In this document: one piece after another, positions 29,500 to 43,088 of the stretch | How the letters are laid out: each line of letters begins with the position of its first letter | How positions within the stretch are numbered: position 1 is the first letter of the stretch | NCBI RefSeq assembly: GCF_009914755.1 | Contig: NC_060931.1 | Strand: one strand, 5' to 3' | DNA: 64,000 nt | DNA from: the human T2T-CHM13v2.0 reference genome, Homo sapiens | Program-made: the position numbers and the translations under genes | Notes under the pieces: generated by a model | What the model saw: the letters and a program-made list of their open reading frames with translations, nothing else | The model's database searches: none | Told to the model about the DNA's origin: nothing

Positions 29500-29847
29500 T
29501 TCTATGGTTTGAATGTTCCCTCCAAAACTCATGTTGAAATTTAATTGCCATTGTAACAGTATTAGGTGATGGGACCATTAAAAGGTGGTTAAGTCATGGG
29601 AGAATCTGTCCCCATGAATAGATTAATGCTGTTATCTTGAGAGTGAGTTTGTCATAAAAATGAGCTCTCTCCCATGCATTCTCTTTCCATGTGATGTCTT
29701 CTGCCAGGTCCTGATGCAGCAAGAAGACCCTCACGTGATGCTGCCAACTTAATATTGAACTTCCCAGCCTCCAGAAATGTAAAAAATAAATTTATTTTAT
29801 TCATAAATTATCCCATCTGCTATAGCAGTGGAAAGTGGACTGAGACA
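29500..29847 (+). mobile_element. MaLR solo LTR (MSTD-like)
   Basis: TTCTATGGTTTGAATGTTCCCTCCAAAACTCATGTTGAAATTTAATTGCC...CTTCCCAGCCTCCAGAA...GGACTGAGACA. Confidence 0.88.
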
Positions 29848-31665
29848 GACAACTATATCAAAGACTTCAGAGATGCCTTCCCTGACAACTTCCTTTCAAT
29901 CTAAGTAGGCACCCCTATGGGGTGTATTTTATCCTTACTGTCATACCATGTTGTGCATACTTTATTACTGCTCTTACTCATTGCTTTTCTTGCCTGACTT
30001 CTGAGTTATTTGAGGATAGGGAGAATGTATTTCAAGCATTATGTCTTCAGGTACCTCAGACCCAATCTGTGCTTAAAAATTATGTTGACTGAATGATGAA
30101 GTATATACTTATGAGGGAAGGTATAAAGAAAAGAAGCTGCACTTAAAAGCTATTTCTGAATTATTTGACGAAAGTATTATTTGACATAACGGTACTAACA
30201 GGTATGTTTTTCATATGTGTTTATTTTTTAAAAAACAGTTGAAAATTGAGATGTTATGTACATTATATTGCCTTTTTTGGGAAGGAGGTGTTAAGACAAT
30301 GTAAGTGAAAGGAACAATAACTTTAAATTTTATAAAAACAAAGTCTAGGGATTAGTGACATGCCTCAATGCAGTATTGCTACAGTGCCTTTGGCTTTTGA
30401 AACCATCTTTCCAGCCATTTGATTCTAAGATACTTTAAATTCACGATCTCATGTGTAGCAGGGTTCTTTTTCAGAGTGTTTTATATACTTCTAATTGACC
30501 TCCACTGTCCTCAGTGCAGAAAAACTGAGGTCAGGGATACATAATGGTCCAATTCCGATGAGAGGCGTCATAATTTAGTCTGGAGAGCCTGATCCTGGTG
30601 TCTTTTCCGTGTTAGTGGTTGTGGGTATTACGTGTAACTGTGTTATGATAAAAACAAGACTGTGGCACCGCTGAATTAATTAGACAAGAGTATAACTAAA
30701 AAGGAAAGCTCTTCAGCTTTGTAACTGCTAATGGTAGAAAATGAAGTACAATTAGTACACACCAAGCTTTGATGAGCTTTGCTTTTGATTAATTAGCAGA
30801 TTTTAAAGTCTTCTATAATGTGACAGCTATTCTATTGATCCCCCTAATTAAGAATCATGAAAGTAAAAGGGACTCTTCTTCACTTTGATGACTGATTCCA
30901 CTTGAATCATCCAAACTGCTCCGATGGCTGTACTGAATAATATTGGCCATGTTACATGTGCTATTCAATATGTGTGTATACATTCTTGTGAGGTATGTCT
31001 ATTCAATTTTTTATTTTACTTTTATTTGGATATTAGGTGGAGACAAATAGGGTGAAATTACTGGGAAGGGGCAATAACTTTAAACTTACTTTAAATGCCC
31101 CATCAAATGCCATGCAAAGAGTAGATTTTAATTATTTATTACTATTGACAACCCATTTGACTTATCACATTTATTCACTGGATGCTCATTCCAGCATGAG
31201 GCACTGTGAAAAACACTGACACGTTGTATTAAAATTTGCAATAGCTGGGTATGTGATATTTCTCAAACAAATCTATGCTGTAATAAGAGTTCACATAATT
31301 GCATGTACTCTTTTAGCCTCGATATAAGACATAGAGAAATAATAAAAGAAAACATGGGGAGTCACAAGTCAACCATGTGTGACAGTCAGGGCCTGTCTTT
31401 TCACAAAGGTAGCAACATCAGATGCTAGAAAAAAGTGATGAGAAATTATCTAGCTGGGAGAGTTCTCAACCAAACATGGGATCTGTTCTACATGAAGATA
31501 ACTCTGGGCCTCAGCCTGCCATGTGCTGTTGATTATCCTTAGGCAGGGACACCAGAAGTTCTGTAATTATTTCCATTTTGGAAAGGTGGAACTCAAGGTA
31601 GAAAAGGGTGTTCAAAATGATGGGCAGCTACGAATATCTGTGTCTTCCCATAAACCTCTGGATAA

Positions 31666-31812
31666 CTTTCTTTCCTTCCTTCCTTCCTTCCTTCCTACCC
31701 TCCCTGCCTCTCTCCCTCCCCCCGCCCATGCCTCCCTTGCTCCTTCACTCCCTTTACTCTATCTTTTGTTCTTTCTGTACTTCTCTCTTAATTATTTCTT
31801 TCCTTTCTCTGT
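31666..31812. repeat. (TTCC)n / CT-rich low-complexity tract
   Basis: Read directly from the sequence. Confidence 0.85.
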
Positions 31813-33326
31813 CTTGTGCTCAGTCATATTAATTGGTGTCCTTGTGAAACCATATGAAAATGTTGCAATATAGAGAATGATAAAATGGCATAAGAGAGTA
31901 TAATATTAAATTTAAGCAATTTAGAAATTGAGACATCTGTGGATTGGTTTAAATTTTATAAAGGAAAAATTAAATGAAGTCTGATTACCCTTCTAGCGGT
32001 TAAATGTTTATTTTTCATAAAGTAAGTATTATCTTGGTGAAAGCAAATAAATTATTCATAGTGGTTGTTCTAATTCTTCTGAAAACGTCATGGGCAATTC
32101 GTGTTTTGTATAACTGCAAATACCCCATTTGTTACTTTAAAGACTTAAGAAAATGTTGGCCTAGCAGTTCTGACAAGGCAGAGACTATTAACTCAATTTC
32201 TGTCTTACACCCACTTGAGAGCAAGTAATATTTTACTCTTTTCAGTGAATAATATTTTCTCATATATATTTTTAAATGTATAAATGAAATGCCAGGCTGC
32301 TGCTTTGAATCAGTGGCAAAGAAATTTTAGATATAGAATTTTTAAAAAGCTCTAACATCTGGTAAGTCGGTTGAAGGAAAATATAAATTCCCCCTTTTTA
32401 AATAAAATATCACCAGTTTCTGTTTTTCCTGTTTTCATGACAATATGGAATGTAATATAGTTTTCAATATAGTAGATTCTTAAAATTTTAGACATACAAA
32501 ACATGGTAAACTATAAAAACATAAGACTTTTCCTTTCTTTTCTTTTTCCTTTTTGTTGCTCAAAAGTAAAAATATATCATTATCAAAATGGGGACAGGGC
32601 CACGTTAATTATTAATTTGTATCCTGCTATGGGTAAGCTGTACAATTTTATGAAACTACAGATCAGGAATAAAATATTGTATGCTGTTCAATATAGTAGT
32701 GGGATACAATACTTTCAGTGTACAAAGCTAGAAATTTCTCAAGACTGTATATAATAATGTTTGGTACTGTTTAAATTATGAATAATGAAGAAGGAGTCAA
32801 GTTTTGTTAACAAAAAAAGCAACCATGTCTCCTTTGAGAAATATTTTTTATTTTCAAAAATTCACTTTCCTCTCTTCCTTTAACAATTATATCCATGGAA
32901 AGACTTCTGAACATTTTAAATATGGTTCTTTTGAATATTTATTTGAAACTACAATCTAAGTGAAGACAATGAACCCTAAATTATTGCTAATGACTTATTT
33001 CCCCCAGTTGCAGGGACTTTATTCGGAGAAATAGCAAATGGGTTTTGAAAATCACAGTCTATTTCCAAGTGGAGCAACTAAGCAGAACAAAGCTCAGATG
33101 TGAAGCCAGGAGTCACCAAAACCCAGGGCGCTGGCTCTGCCCAGGAGTGTCTGCTTCTTTATGCTCTAGGATTTCCTCCTTCTGCGGCCACACCCTGAGA
33201 CCATTTTCCAGGGAGCCAGGATGCATGTGTGAGCTCCACCTTTGACCCTATCCTGACTCTTTTCCTCTTATTTCTCTCTCCTGCAATTGCTAGGGGGATT
33301 GAGCTTATGCCCTGATTTTTTCCCTC

Positions 33327-33386
33327 TCCTCCTCCTCCTCCTCCTCTTCCTCCTCCTCCTCCTCCTCTTCCTCCTCCTCCTCCTCC
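33327..33386. repeat. (TCC)6-TCT-(TCC)6-TCT-(TCC)6 trinucleotide repeat
   Basis: Read directly; lies within an 80-nt pure pyrimidine run at 33316-33395. Confidence 0.95.
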
Positions 33387-34899
33387 TTCCTCTTTGCTGG
33401 GTCCTTTACTTCATCATGGCAAGCAGCCCAGGTCTTGGGGAGTAGGGAGCTTTTGCCTCTCTTTGAGCTTCTGGACTTAGATTTCTGACAGCTGCCCTGC
33501 TACCGCACCCCAGCACATATAAATTAGAGTTGTCCTTTCTCTTTTTAATCTTACCTCTGTGTGGTGAGGAGAAGGTAGCTGTTCTGCACTGCCTAAGTGT
33601 TAATTGACAGAGTAAATAGTTTTTGTTTCTGTTTTTCGTGTTTTCATGAAACACAAAAACTTTTGGAGGAGGGAACTTTATATGGATATGAATTTGGACA
33701 GTGTTTCTGAGCACCACCATCTTGCCAGAGCACAGTGTTTAATAATCCATAGTCTCTATGTTTTTATGGGGCCCATAGTTAGGTATGTGGTTGACTCAGG
33801 TGATTCTTCCTCTGATCTTTAGTCTATTAAACTTGACAACAGCCAGAATCATGTTTCTGAACTTCAAAGCAATGATAAAAGAGAATAATTTGGATTTACA
33901 AGATTTCTTGTTCCATACAAGATTAATGTTAATATTTTTCCATATTGTGAGAATAGGTCATAATATACCTGTTCAGTTAATTTCTAAGCAAGACCCTCGA
34001 GAAAGATTTACTGCCTGTCCTTGCTAGTGGAGGGCCAAGACATCTGAGGCACCATATTAAGCTGGGGGGCTCCTACTAATTTAGCTCATTGATGAGCTTT
34101 ACTTTAGTGAAGGGATTCATCTCTGCCAGCTAGTGCTTTGCACATATGTAACAGGTTTTGGGAGTGGTTTGCATGGTGTACATACGGGTCAGTCTCCTAA
34201 TACCTGAATTTTGTGTCGCAAATACAATTCATGTTGTTTTAGAACTCTGAATGTAGGAAAGATAAGAGTGAAATTTGTCTAAGGCTGATCTCCTGCAAGC
34301 TGATCCCTTAGAAAGAACTGCTTCTTGCAAAGTACCATGGAAAGCAGTTATGACTTTATGTTTCTGGTACTAACAAGCTACTGAACTTGGAACCCAGCTT
34401 CCCCATCATGCCAAGGCAGGGGCTAGTGCATTCTTGACCAGAATCTTGGTGTGATGAATCCTACTATGACCTTCCTATGCCTTGTAGCTGTAATTTTAAG
34501 GCTTGGATGCCTGATTATATAAAGGCCTAGTATTCCGCCCCACAGAGCTGGACACAAGATTCTGCCATGTCACACAAGTCTTAAAAACCCCTCAGCACCA
34601 CACATCTGGGGGACATCTGGCTTCCAGAGTCAGTTGTCTGATCCTGTGAGATGGCTGTGCATTGCCCCAGAATGTGATGGGGCGACGGTGACAGGGTTAC
34701 CTGCTACTGATCCTGAATCCATAAGCTTTCTCTGGTGAACACTGCTCCAGAAGTCAGATATATGCCCTGTTTGGCTGATTCCCTTCTTTGCACAACGATA
34801 TTCAGGTTGCTTTACCTCTTTGTTGTGTAAGATGTTGCTGAGATAAATTCAAATGGTGCATAGTTTCTTGAAAATGAAGCAATTTGTTAAGTTCTTTCT

Positions 34900-35600
34900 C
34901 CAAGTGGTTAAGTGTCATTGAACTCAACCTATATGATACAGAATGTACTGGGTTTGTCTTATGGTAATAACAGATCTGCTTTTAATCTTGAGGGGGAAAT
35001 ATGACCTATTCCTTAATAATGATAATGAAAGATATATGTAGTAAGGGAAAATCTAAAAGGTATTATGAGAGTCACACGGGGAAAAGAAATTACTTTTATT
35101 AGCAGTTTCTAATGAGGCTTTTTGATGGCTTTAAGGATGAATACAATTTATGTTCTTAAAGACCAACTAAATGTCGTTCTACCTGGGAGTGGGAAAGCAG
35201 AGGGAAATAAAGTAGAAAATGAGCTAGGCTGGAGTGGATGCTTGTGGGACACATAGTAGAAAATTGATTTTGTAAGACAAGTAGCATCAAGACCATAGAT
35301 TGCCTTGGATGACCAGCTAAATAATTTAAATTTCATTAGAATTAGTCTCCAGGATGATTAATCTGGCAGTGATGTGTAAAAGACTTTGGCTTCGGAAGAT
35401 TTGTTCCAAGGCTGACGCAATCCAGGTGAAAGGTAGCAACCTGTCAGACCTCTTGGTTTGAACAGAGGTAGCAATCTGTCAAACCTCTTGGTTTGAACAG
35501 AGGAAAGCACTAACAGGGATCTAAAACTACATCTAAATCTAGAAAACTACATGGAGGGATATGAGAAGCATTGTTTGACGTAGTGAAGGAAATATATGAA
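34900..35600 (-). mobile_element. Degraded L2 fragment
   Basis: CATTGAACTCAACCTATATGATACAG...CCTGGGAGTGGGAAAGCAG...GATTAATCTGGCAGTGATGTG...CAATCCAGGTGAAAGG. Confidence 0.5.
35431..35500. repeat. 35-bp tandem duplication (2 copies, 2 mismatches)
   Basis: AGGTAGCAA(C/T)CTGTCA(G/A)ACCTCTTGGTTTGAACAG twice. Confidence 0.95.
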
Positions 35601-36425
35601 TAGGTTTTAACAGGGCAGCATAATAGTGGCCATTTTCAGAGTTAATTCTACAAGGAGTATGAATACACTGCATACTAACAGTGTGTCTTGGTAAGCTGTC
35701 CTGACTTTGTGCTTATACAACTTGAATTTATGGTATTGAAAATTTACATAAATAAATGGGTCAACAAACTTGGTTGGACCCCCCGTCCCAGCCCCAGTGC
35801 ACAGGCACTCATTACAGAATGACATCTGGCTTTGCAATTTTACTGATTATTATGAGTCTAGTTGCTTCCAAAAAGAATTTGATATACTTATGATTAAAGA
35901 CAAGCACATGATTAAAATCAAGGTAAAGGCTCAAACAAAGTCACTGTGATTCAGAACAAAGTTTCTCTCTGTGTTTTCAGGTATCCAAGACAAACATTGT
36001 TATGATAAATTACAGACTTGTTAACAAATTGTTTGATACTTTTTTTTTTTTCTGGTCCTTGGTGCTATGAGAAATATACTGCCCATTAAAAAGGCATATT
36101 TGAACAAAAATGGACAGTACTGTCAATCTAAGTTTCTCTAAAATGTAAAATGGATTTTCATGTAGTTACTTCGTATGATAATCCTTTATGAAAATCAGGG
36201 AAGAAAAGTGAATTATAATTCTGCAAAGCCACTTCTGTGAGAAATTAGAGTAGATAGTTCTTATATAAATTTTCTGGTGCTATGATTTGGTAAATGAATG
36301 AAGCTTAAGGATACTAGGAATGCTTGTCAAAATGTGATTCTCACTAGCATTGCTTATAATACATGATGAAAATAAGGACTTCTGTCCTGTTGAATTTGAA
36401 TCTCTGAAATCTCACATATACACAC

Positions 36426-36725
<300 letters not shown>

Positions 36726-38749
36726 ACATATACACGTTTTCAATATGACCCCCAGTGATGCGTGTGTGTGTGTGTGTATTTTGCATATTAACATTTAAGA
36801 GCCGCTGATCTTGAGAAATAATTGAACAGCTTGTCTCTTAATCTGTCTTGAATATGTATTCTCTTAACTGAGATTTTGACAGAAGCTATGAAATAGTGGG
36901 TCTATCAAAAGCTAACAAGTTTCTAAAATTCAGGTGCTCTCCACTGTTGACCAGAAGGAGATCTGTATGCTTTGGATGTCAGGTATATAGCTGGCAAAGC
37001 TGGCCTGCTTTGTTTGCTTGCTCAAGTGCATGCCATCTTTCCACTACTGACCATTGACCTCTGGGGTTTCTTATTATAACATCGCAGACTTCTCAGCTAG
37101 AGATGCTTTGGAAATAAAAGCAATATGTTTTACCTTTAATTATTGTATTATTAAAATTTGGGAGCACAAGAGTTTTCAAAGTGAAGAAGAAAGGACGCTT
37201 AACCTAAATTATTTCAAAGAAAAAGAGAGGCTTTACATTTGAAATGCTTATTTTCTTATGACAAATAATAGCAGTTGGTAACATGAGCAATGTCATGTAC
37301 ATATTACTGATAGATAATTCAGTCCTTTTCAAAAAATCTGTAGATAAGTTTGTTGATAATTATTAAATATTTAAACTATTTTTAAGTGAAATTTGCAAAG
37401 AAGGCTTTTTTTTTTTCCTGTTAATTTTAGCCTCTTATTAGAGACTACTGCCCTACTTTCCTGCCCTGGGTAGCTCTAGTCAACCTGGCAGTATCTTTGC
37501 ATGAAACCCAAAGAAAAAGCAGCCTGTGCCAGATTCCCTGCTGCCTGCATTCAAAAGTTATCAGCTTTCCAGAAGAATTAAGGGCGTTGAAGTCCCCTCC
37601 TCTGAGAACCATGTTATGGCTGAGGTCAGCTTTAACTTGTTCCTGGCTGAGAGAGAACAAGAGGCTTTCATCACACCATCCTGGATTTTACAGACAGGAA
37701 ATGTTTAGAAGTATTAGAGACTTGTATTTTCTGTTACAATTAGGGACAATATTTAGCTTTGCTTATTTTCTTGCCACTTTGGTTCAACTTGGTTTCTCAT
37801 ATGTCTAGACATTGCTCAAAATCACTGTTTATTGTTTGAACAGAAATATCCTAACGTGTCTCATAAAATTTAGCTTTGATTTGGTCTGTCTAGAGATTCT
37901 GAATATAAGGATGCCTTTCTGTTTCTTTGCAAAAATCATTATTTAAAAGAGCACAGGGTTTAGGAAATCTGTATATAATTTCTGACTTGGTTAGAATCTT
38001 GCATGCAAGAAAACTGGGTTTTGTTTCCCTAGTAACACAAAGATCATATTTTAGTGGTCTAAAATAATTATTGATACTCCAGTGAGCAATTAACTCTTTG
38101 GCATGAATAGTATCAGGCTCAATAAATGTTATAAAATAGTATTTTTCTTCCATGGATTACAATTCATCAGATACATCAACCTTCTTATTTTTACACATGT
38201 TGGTAGCAGTAGCATGTAAGATATTTTTTCTTTTTGTTTTTTTTTTTTTTTGGAATGATGTAGTATTTCTTTTTTCTGAGAATGATGGGAGCTGTCATTT
38301 ATTTTCATGGATATTCATTCTAAAGCCCTCCCTGGTGCTCACATCTTTTCATGCTGAATACAGAGGTTTAAAGGCTGCACTGTCTGTTTTAAAGTTTAAA
38401 TTTATGTTGTAGTCACATATAATTGATAATAAGTTTTTTGTAAAGTATAAAGAAAATAAACCTCAGATTAAACAGACCAGAAATACATAAATGTTACAAT
38501 CGTTAAACAATTTTACAAGCCCAGTTCAACATAGAATATATTGAGTTTAATGCCATGTAGCCTCCAGCAGGCATTAGGCACTTGGACCAGTGGGACAATA
38601 CTTTTGCCTATGGCATTTTACAGCAGTCAGAATGATTTTCCTTAGATTATCTAATTTGACCCTCCTGAGATTAAAAAAAAAAAAAGTCCAATAAAATTGA
38701 CCTTGAGGAACAAAGGCTAAGATGGTTAAGGATCCTGGTGGACAAGCAA

Positions 38750-38905
38750 GCAATTAAAAGTGCAGGGACAACAAGTTGGACCTCGGCCACAACTTATTAA
38801 TTTCGTGACCTTGAGGAAAGTTATTTAACTACACTGTTTAAGTTGCTGTTTCTTTGTATAATAAATTGAAGCATAAGATTGTGAGAAGTAAATGTTCCAG
38901 GCATA
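38750..38905 (+). mobile_element. MIR fragment
   Basis: CTCGGCCACAACTTATTAATTTCGTGACCTTGAGGAAAGTTATTTAAC...GATTGTGAGAAGTAAATG. Confidence 0.6.
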
Positions 38906-39231
38906 TTTGTGAATGAAGAAAAGAGTTCAATTGGATTCAAAGGGAGGAAAAGGATGCACTCAATGGCTCACATCAGCAACTGTAGGAAGGAGAGATTTGA
39001 GCTAGCTTTAGGGAGCCCTAGAAGTAAGGGCCGCTTAAACATACAACCCTGCCAGATTCCTTCTCTATCTCTTTTCCCTGCTTCTCTCTTTGTGTATGTG
39101 TCTCTGTGAGATAAAGGTTACAGTCGTTTACATACCAAGCATCACATTTTTACAGTTTTGCTATTAGAGAACAAAAAGTCTCCTTTCTTCTAGCCAGACT
39201 GAAAAACATGCATGAGAGTGTTCTGAACTAA

Positions 39232-39329
39232 CTTCCTTCCTTCCTTCCCTCTCTTTCTTTCCTTTCCTTTTTCCTTTCCTTTCCTTTCCTTTCCTTTCCT
39301 TTCCTTTCCTTTCCTTTCCTTTCCTTTCC

Positions 39330-39382
<53 letters not shown>
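39232..39382. repeat. Compound (TTCC)n-(TTTCC)n-(TC)n pure pyrimidine tract of 151 nt
   Basis: Read directly; no purine on the + strand across the interval. Confidence 0.97.
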
Positions 39383-42300
39383 GGTGAGTGGCGTACATCA
39401 CCAAGGTTCACCTACTGTACAGTTTAAATACCTTTCTGCAGGGTTCCAGAGATCCAAGACTGACACACCCACAGCAAACATATAATTAGAGAAGCATTTT
39501 TCAGAAGGAAGGCTATGAGACAGGGAGAGGTCAGTGTAACATTGTAAATAAATTAACGAATAAAAACCAGTAGAGAGGGTGAAGAGGTAGTGCCTGGTCT
39601 ATAGAAAGCCCTTCATAAATGATGGGCTCCTTTTGTTGCTTAGTTGTCATTACTGTCACTAGTAGCATTGTCTCCTGTGTCCTTTCTGAAATGTATTTAG
39701 TGTCCTTTCTACTACAGCCCTCTGACACAAGGAAAAGTGGCTGCCAACACTTAGCATAATGGCCAAGTAGGTAAAGTTTGTCTTCTCCAATTTCTCTTTG
39801 TGATCTATCTGTCAAGGGTCACTCGCCTGGGCCTGCCTTCCTTCAACTATCCAACGGTGCAAAATTACTTCTCCCTCTGTGGTAGCTGATAAAACCAGTA
39901 ACATTTAAATATGATTGATCCTACAAGCCCTTGATAAGATTATTTTCTATTCAAAAGAGAAGGCTACAAATCTTGATGAATCTTTGCTGAGGTTATGAGT
40001 CTGAATTGGAAATGTCAATCTTGGGCTTGGTGATTCTCCAGGTCTTTTGCCCACAGGGCACGCCACCTCCTTCCCACAGCACTGTCCATTCCTCTCCCCA
40101 TATTTTGCCTTCCTTGCCCCAGTCCTTCTTCTCTCGTACCCTCAAAGCATCGGTAACTTACAAGTCACTTTCTGAAAGGTAAACATACATTACATACGAA
40201 ATATATCTTTTTTGGATCTCTGGAAAGACATTCAAAAGATAAGTCCTATGGAAATAATATATATTAAGTCCAAACTACCTATGCATTAGGAGGTAATAGA
40301 GGCAAAATCTCATGTATCATACTGGGGAAATGAGACTAAGAGAACAAATCATTTCTCTCTCCACAGTTGGTTGTATATTCTGTGTAGCAATATTGTACTT
40401 CCGGAGTTACAAAGACTTCACAACTATGGAATCCATCCTCAAAGAGATTATAACTTTAGGAGGGGAGACAAAAATATTACAGAGATGAAGCTAAGGAACA
40501 ATTCTGTAGCCTTTCAAAAAGAGAGGAAAGAACACTGGGGGGAGAAAATTACAGCCAGGGAAGGCTTTAAGAAGTATGTCAGTTATGAACCACTGGAGAA
40601 AAATTAGGAATTTTATCACAAAACCGAAATCTAAAATAAGTTCCTTGCTCTTCTTTTGTGTATTGATAATCCAACAAAGGAACATTAAGTTTCTATTCTC
40701 AATGGAATACTTGCTTATAAAAGTTGGCAGGGAGTGTATTCCGTTATCTAACTTACTTATCAGTATTTCTTCACTGCTTTTTAAAATTTCCCTATACTTT
40801 ACTAATAACTTATTAACTTTCAGTGAGTTGAGTCACTGGTCCCCAGAGAGGAGATACCTACTAAAACCTCAGGAGGTTGGCTGAAGTGAGATATTCATTC
40901 AAATGCACTATCTCATAAAGTACTATCTCATAGACTTCTAGAGGCTTCTGATAACACTACATATAAATATGTCTGTATGAACAAGCAAAACCTGCTTGTA
41001 GGTCAAAAGTTATTTTAAGCTTTTTAAACTTTGAATTAAAGATTAGATTGTTGAAAGACCTGTAACCTATAGGCTCTAACAGCTGGCTTTGGATAGAAAC
41101 AGGACCTTCAAGAAGATTAGTAAGAGAACTGACTATCTCTGACACCAACAAGAGCCTGTTTTTAAATGCTTTTTGTTTTTTAAAGTGAAATCACCACAGT
41201 GTCAGGTCTAGAGAGATCAGCCCTTATATGGCAAAGTTTGAGGATTCAGAGAACAAAAGCAGCCAAGTCCCATTTTCATGAATTTTTCCAGCTTGAATAT
41301 CCTTGATCATGCCCTTTGGCTACAAAATTTGATACATGCATCCCCTTCTCACTTTCTTTCTTGTTTTTGAGTTGTAATGTTGTTGTTTTGTTTGACTTGT
41401 GTTAATTTTCAGGTCCACCTAAGTAGATACCATCTAATATTCATTGAGGAATGTATCACAGAAATATCATTTCTTGTCTCAGGAGACTTCATCTTTTGGA
41501 CAAAATTTAAATTAATTCATTTGTGCTTTTTTTGTGGTGACGGACATGATAGGGAGACTTGTGTGTTGAGGAGTAAAGACATAACTATTTTTCTTCCATA
41601 TATGGATGATCACCAGGTTTATAAACCCTGATGTTTATATAGAAATCCATGGTTTCCAACCGCTTTCATATATATCATATATATTCTTATTTGATCCCCA
41701 TTCTGGTCTCTCTTCCTATTTGATGTCTTACTCTTTTTTCTTTCTTTGTTAGGAAAGGAGGGAAAAAACGTAGCAGAACATAGATTGAATAACATAAAAA
41801 TGCTTTATAGTTTCTTTGACAGAAATTCTCCCAGACATAGGGACAGTAGATTTACTTCACAAGACCCTGTTGCAACACAGCATCAAAGACTTTAATAACT
41901 CACACACACACACATACACACACAAAGAAAAAAAATAATGTGACTCAGCTGCTTGCTGGTTATCAGAGGAATATATCAAGAGTTGATGCGATGAATATAC
42001 TTTGCACTATCTTTCAAGAAGTCTTCAATAAAGTATGTTTATCTCTATGTGCAAAATTTCCTGTGTATAAGCATGTCTGTAGATAACGTATCCTACTTAG
42101 GTCATATGCTTCAAGACAGCAAATGACCCTTAAACTTACACAGTTTAGATAGAAGGGCTTTAGAATTTAGCATATGGCTTTGTTTTTTCTTCATCCTGTT
42201 TTTAAAATAGAGTCATGATTATGGTGATAACTTTTGTAGATAATTCTGGTCCCTACAATGAAGAACTGAAACAAGGATCAATATACCACTTTTAGTGATC

Positions 42301-42734
42301 AGAAAACTAGTTGATGATTTGCTTATGATTATATATAGTTTAAGGTAAAAGAACAAAAACAAAGATTTCGAGGGCATACTGATTTGGTGAGCTTTTAATC
42401 TTTAGAATGAAGGTGGGGTTGGGAAGACGTGCTACATTTAAAGATCAAGAGCAGGGCATAATGAAACATGGATTGGGTGCACAGAGTGGAAAGGGAGCTC
42501 TGGTTGGGTTATTCAGATTAAGTCATTAAAACTTTCTACCTCTTGCTTTCCTTGTGTATAAAATGAAGATAATTTTAAATCTAAAATGTCTTAACATCTC
42601 TTATTTGTCTTACTGCTAAGATGCAGGTACACAGAAGACCAATCTAACGCTCGAAAGAAAGGATGAGGGCAACTTAATCCCTAAGCAAAAACCTTCACAA
42701 GAAGAGAGCTCAGCAGGTGTATGCTTTAGGTGCC

Positions 42735-43088
42735 AGATGTGGTTTGGCCGTGTTCCCATTCAAATCTCAACTTGAATTGTATCTCCCAGAATTTCCACGT
42801 GTTGTGTGTCGGACCCAGGAGGAGCTAATTAAATCACGGGGCCGCACTTTCCCCTGCTGTTCTCGTGATAGTGAATAAGTCTCACGAGATCTGATGCGTT
42901 TATCGGGGGTTTCCGCTTTTGCTTCGTCTCTCATTTTCTCTTGCTGCCGCGATGTACGAAGTTCCTTTTGCCTGCCGCGATGATTTTGAGGCCTCCCCAG
43001 CCATGTGAAACTGTAAGTCCAATTAAACCCGTTTTTCTTCCCAGTCTCGGGTATGTCTTTATCAGCAGCATGAAAACGGACTAATACA
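42735..43088 (+). mobile_element. THE1A LTR (MaLR), unusually CpG-rich
   Basis: CAAATCTCAACTTGAATTGTATCTCCCAGAA...GGGGTTTCCGCTTTTGCTTC...GTAAGTCCAATTAAACC...CGGACTAATACA; 354 bp; 19 CpGs. Confidence 0.95.

Larger units (their letters stand above)
28750..30100 (+). mobile_element. L2 fragment hosting nested L1PA and MSTD insertions
   Basis: L2-like TCTTCAAG...CAGAGATGCCTTCCCTGACAAC...TTTGAGGATAGGGAGAATGT...ATGTTGACTGAATGA on both sides of the inserts. Confidence 0.55.

Noticed and set aside
34380-34830. GC-richer block with TATATAAAG and CCGCCC
   Set aside because: Possibly an old LTR that I cannot identify; the motifs alone are insufficient to call a promoter.
39190-39411. ORF with ERERE/RKGKE repeats
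   Set aside because: It is the translation of the purine strand of the microsatellite.
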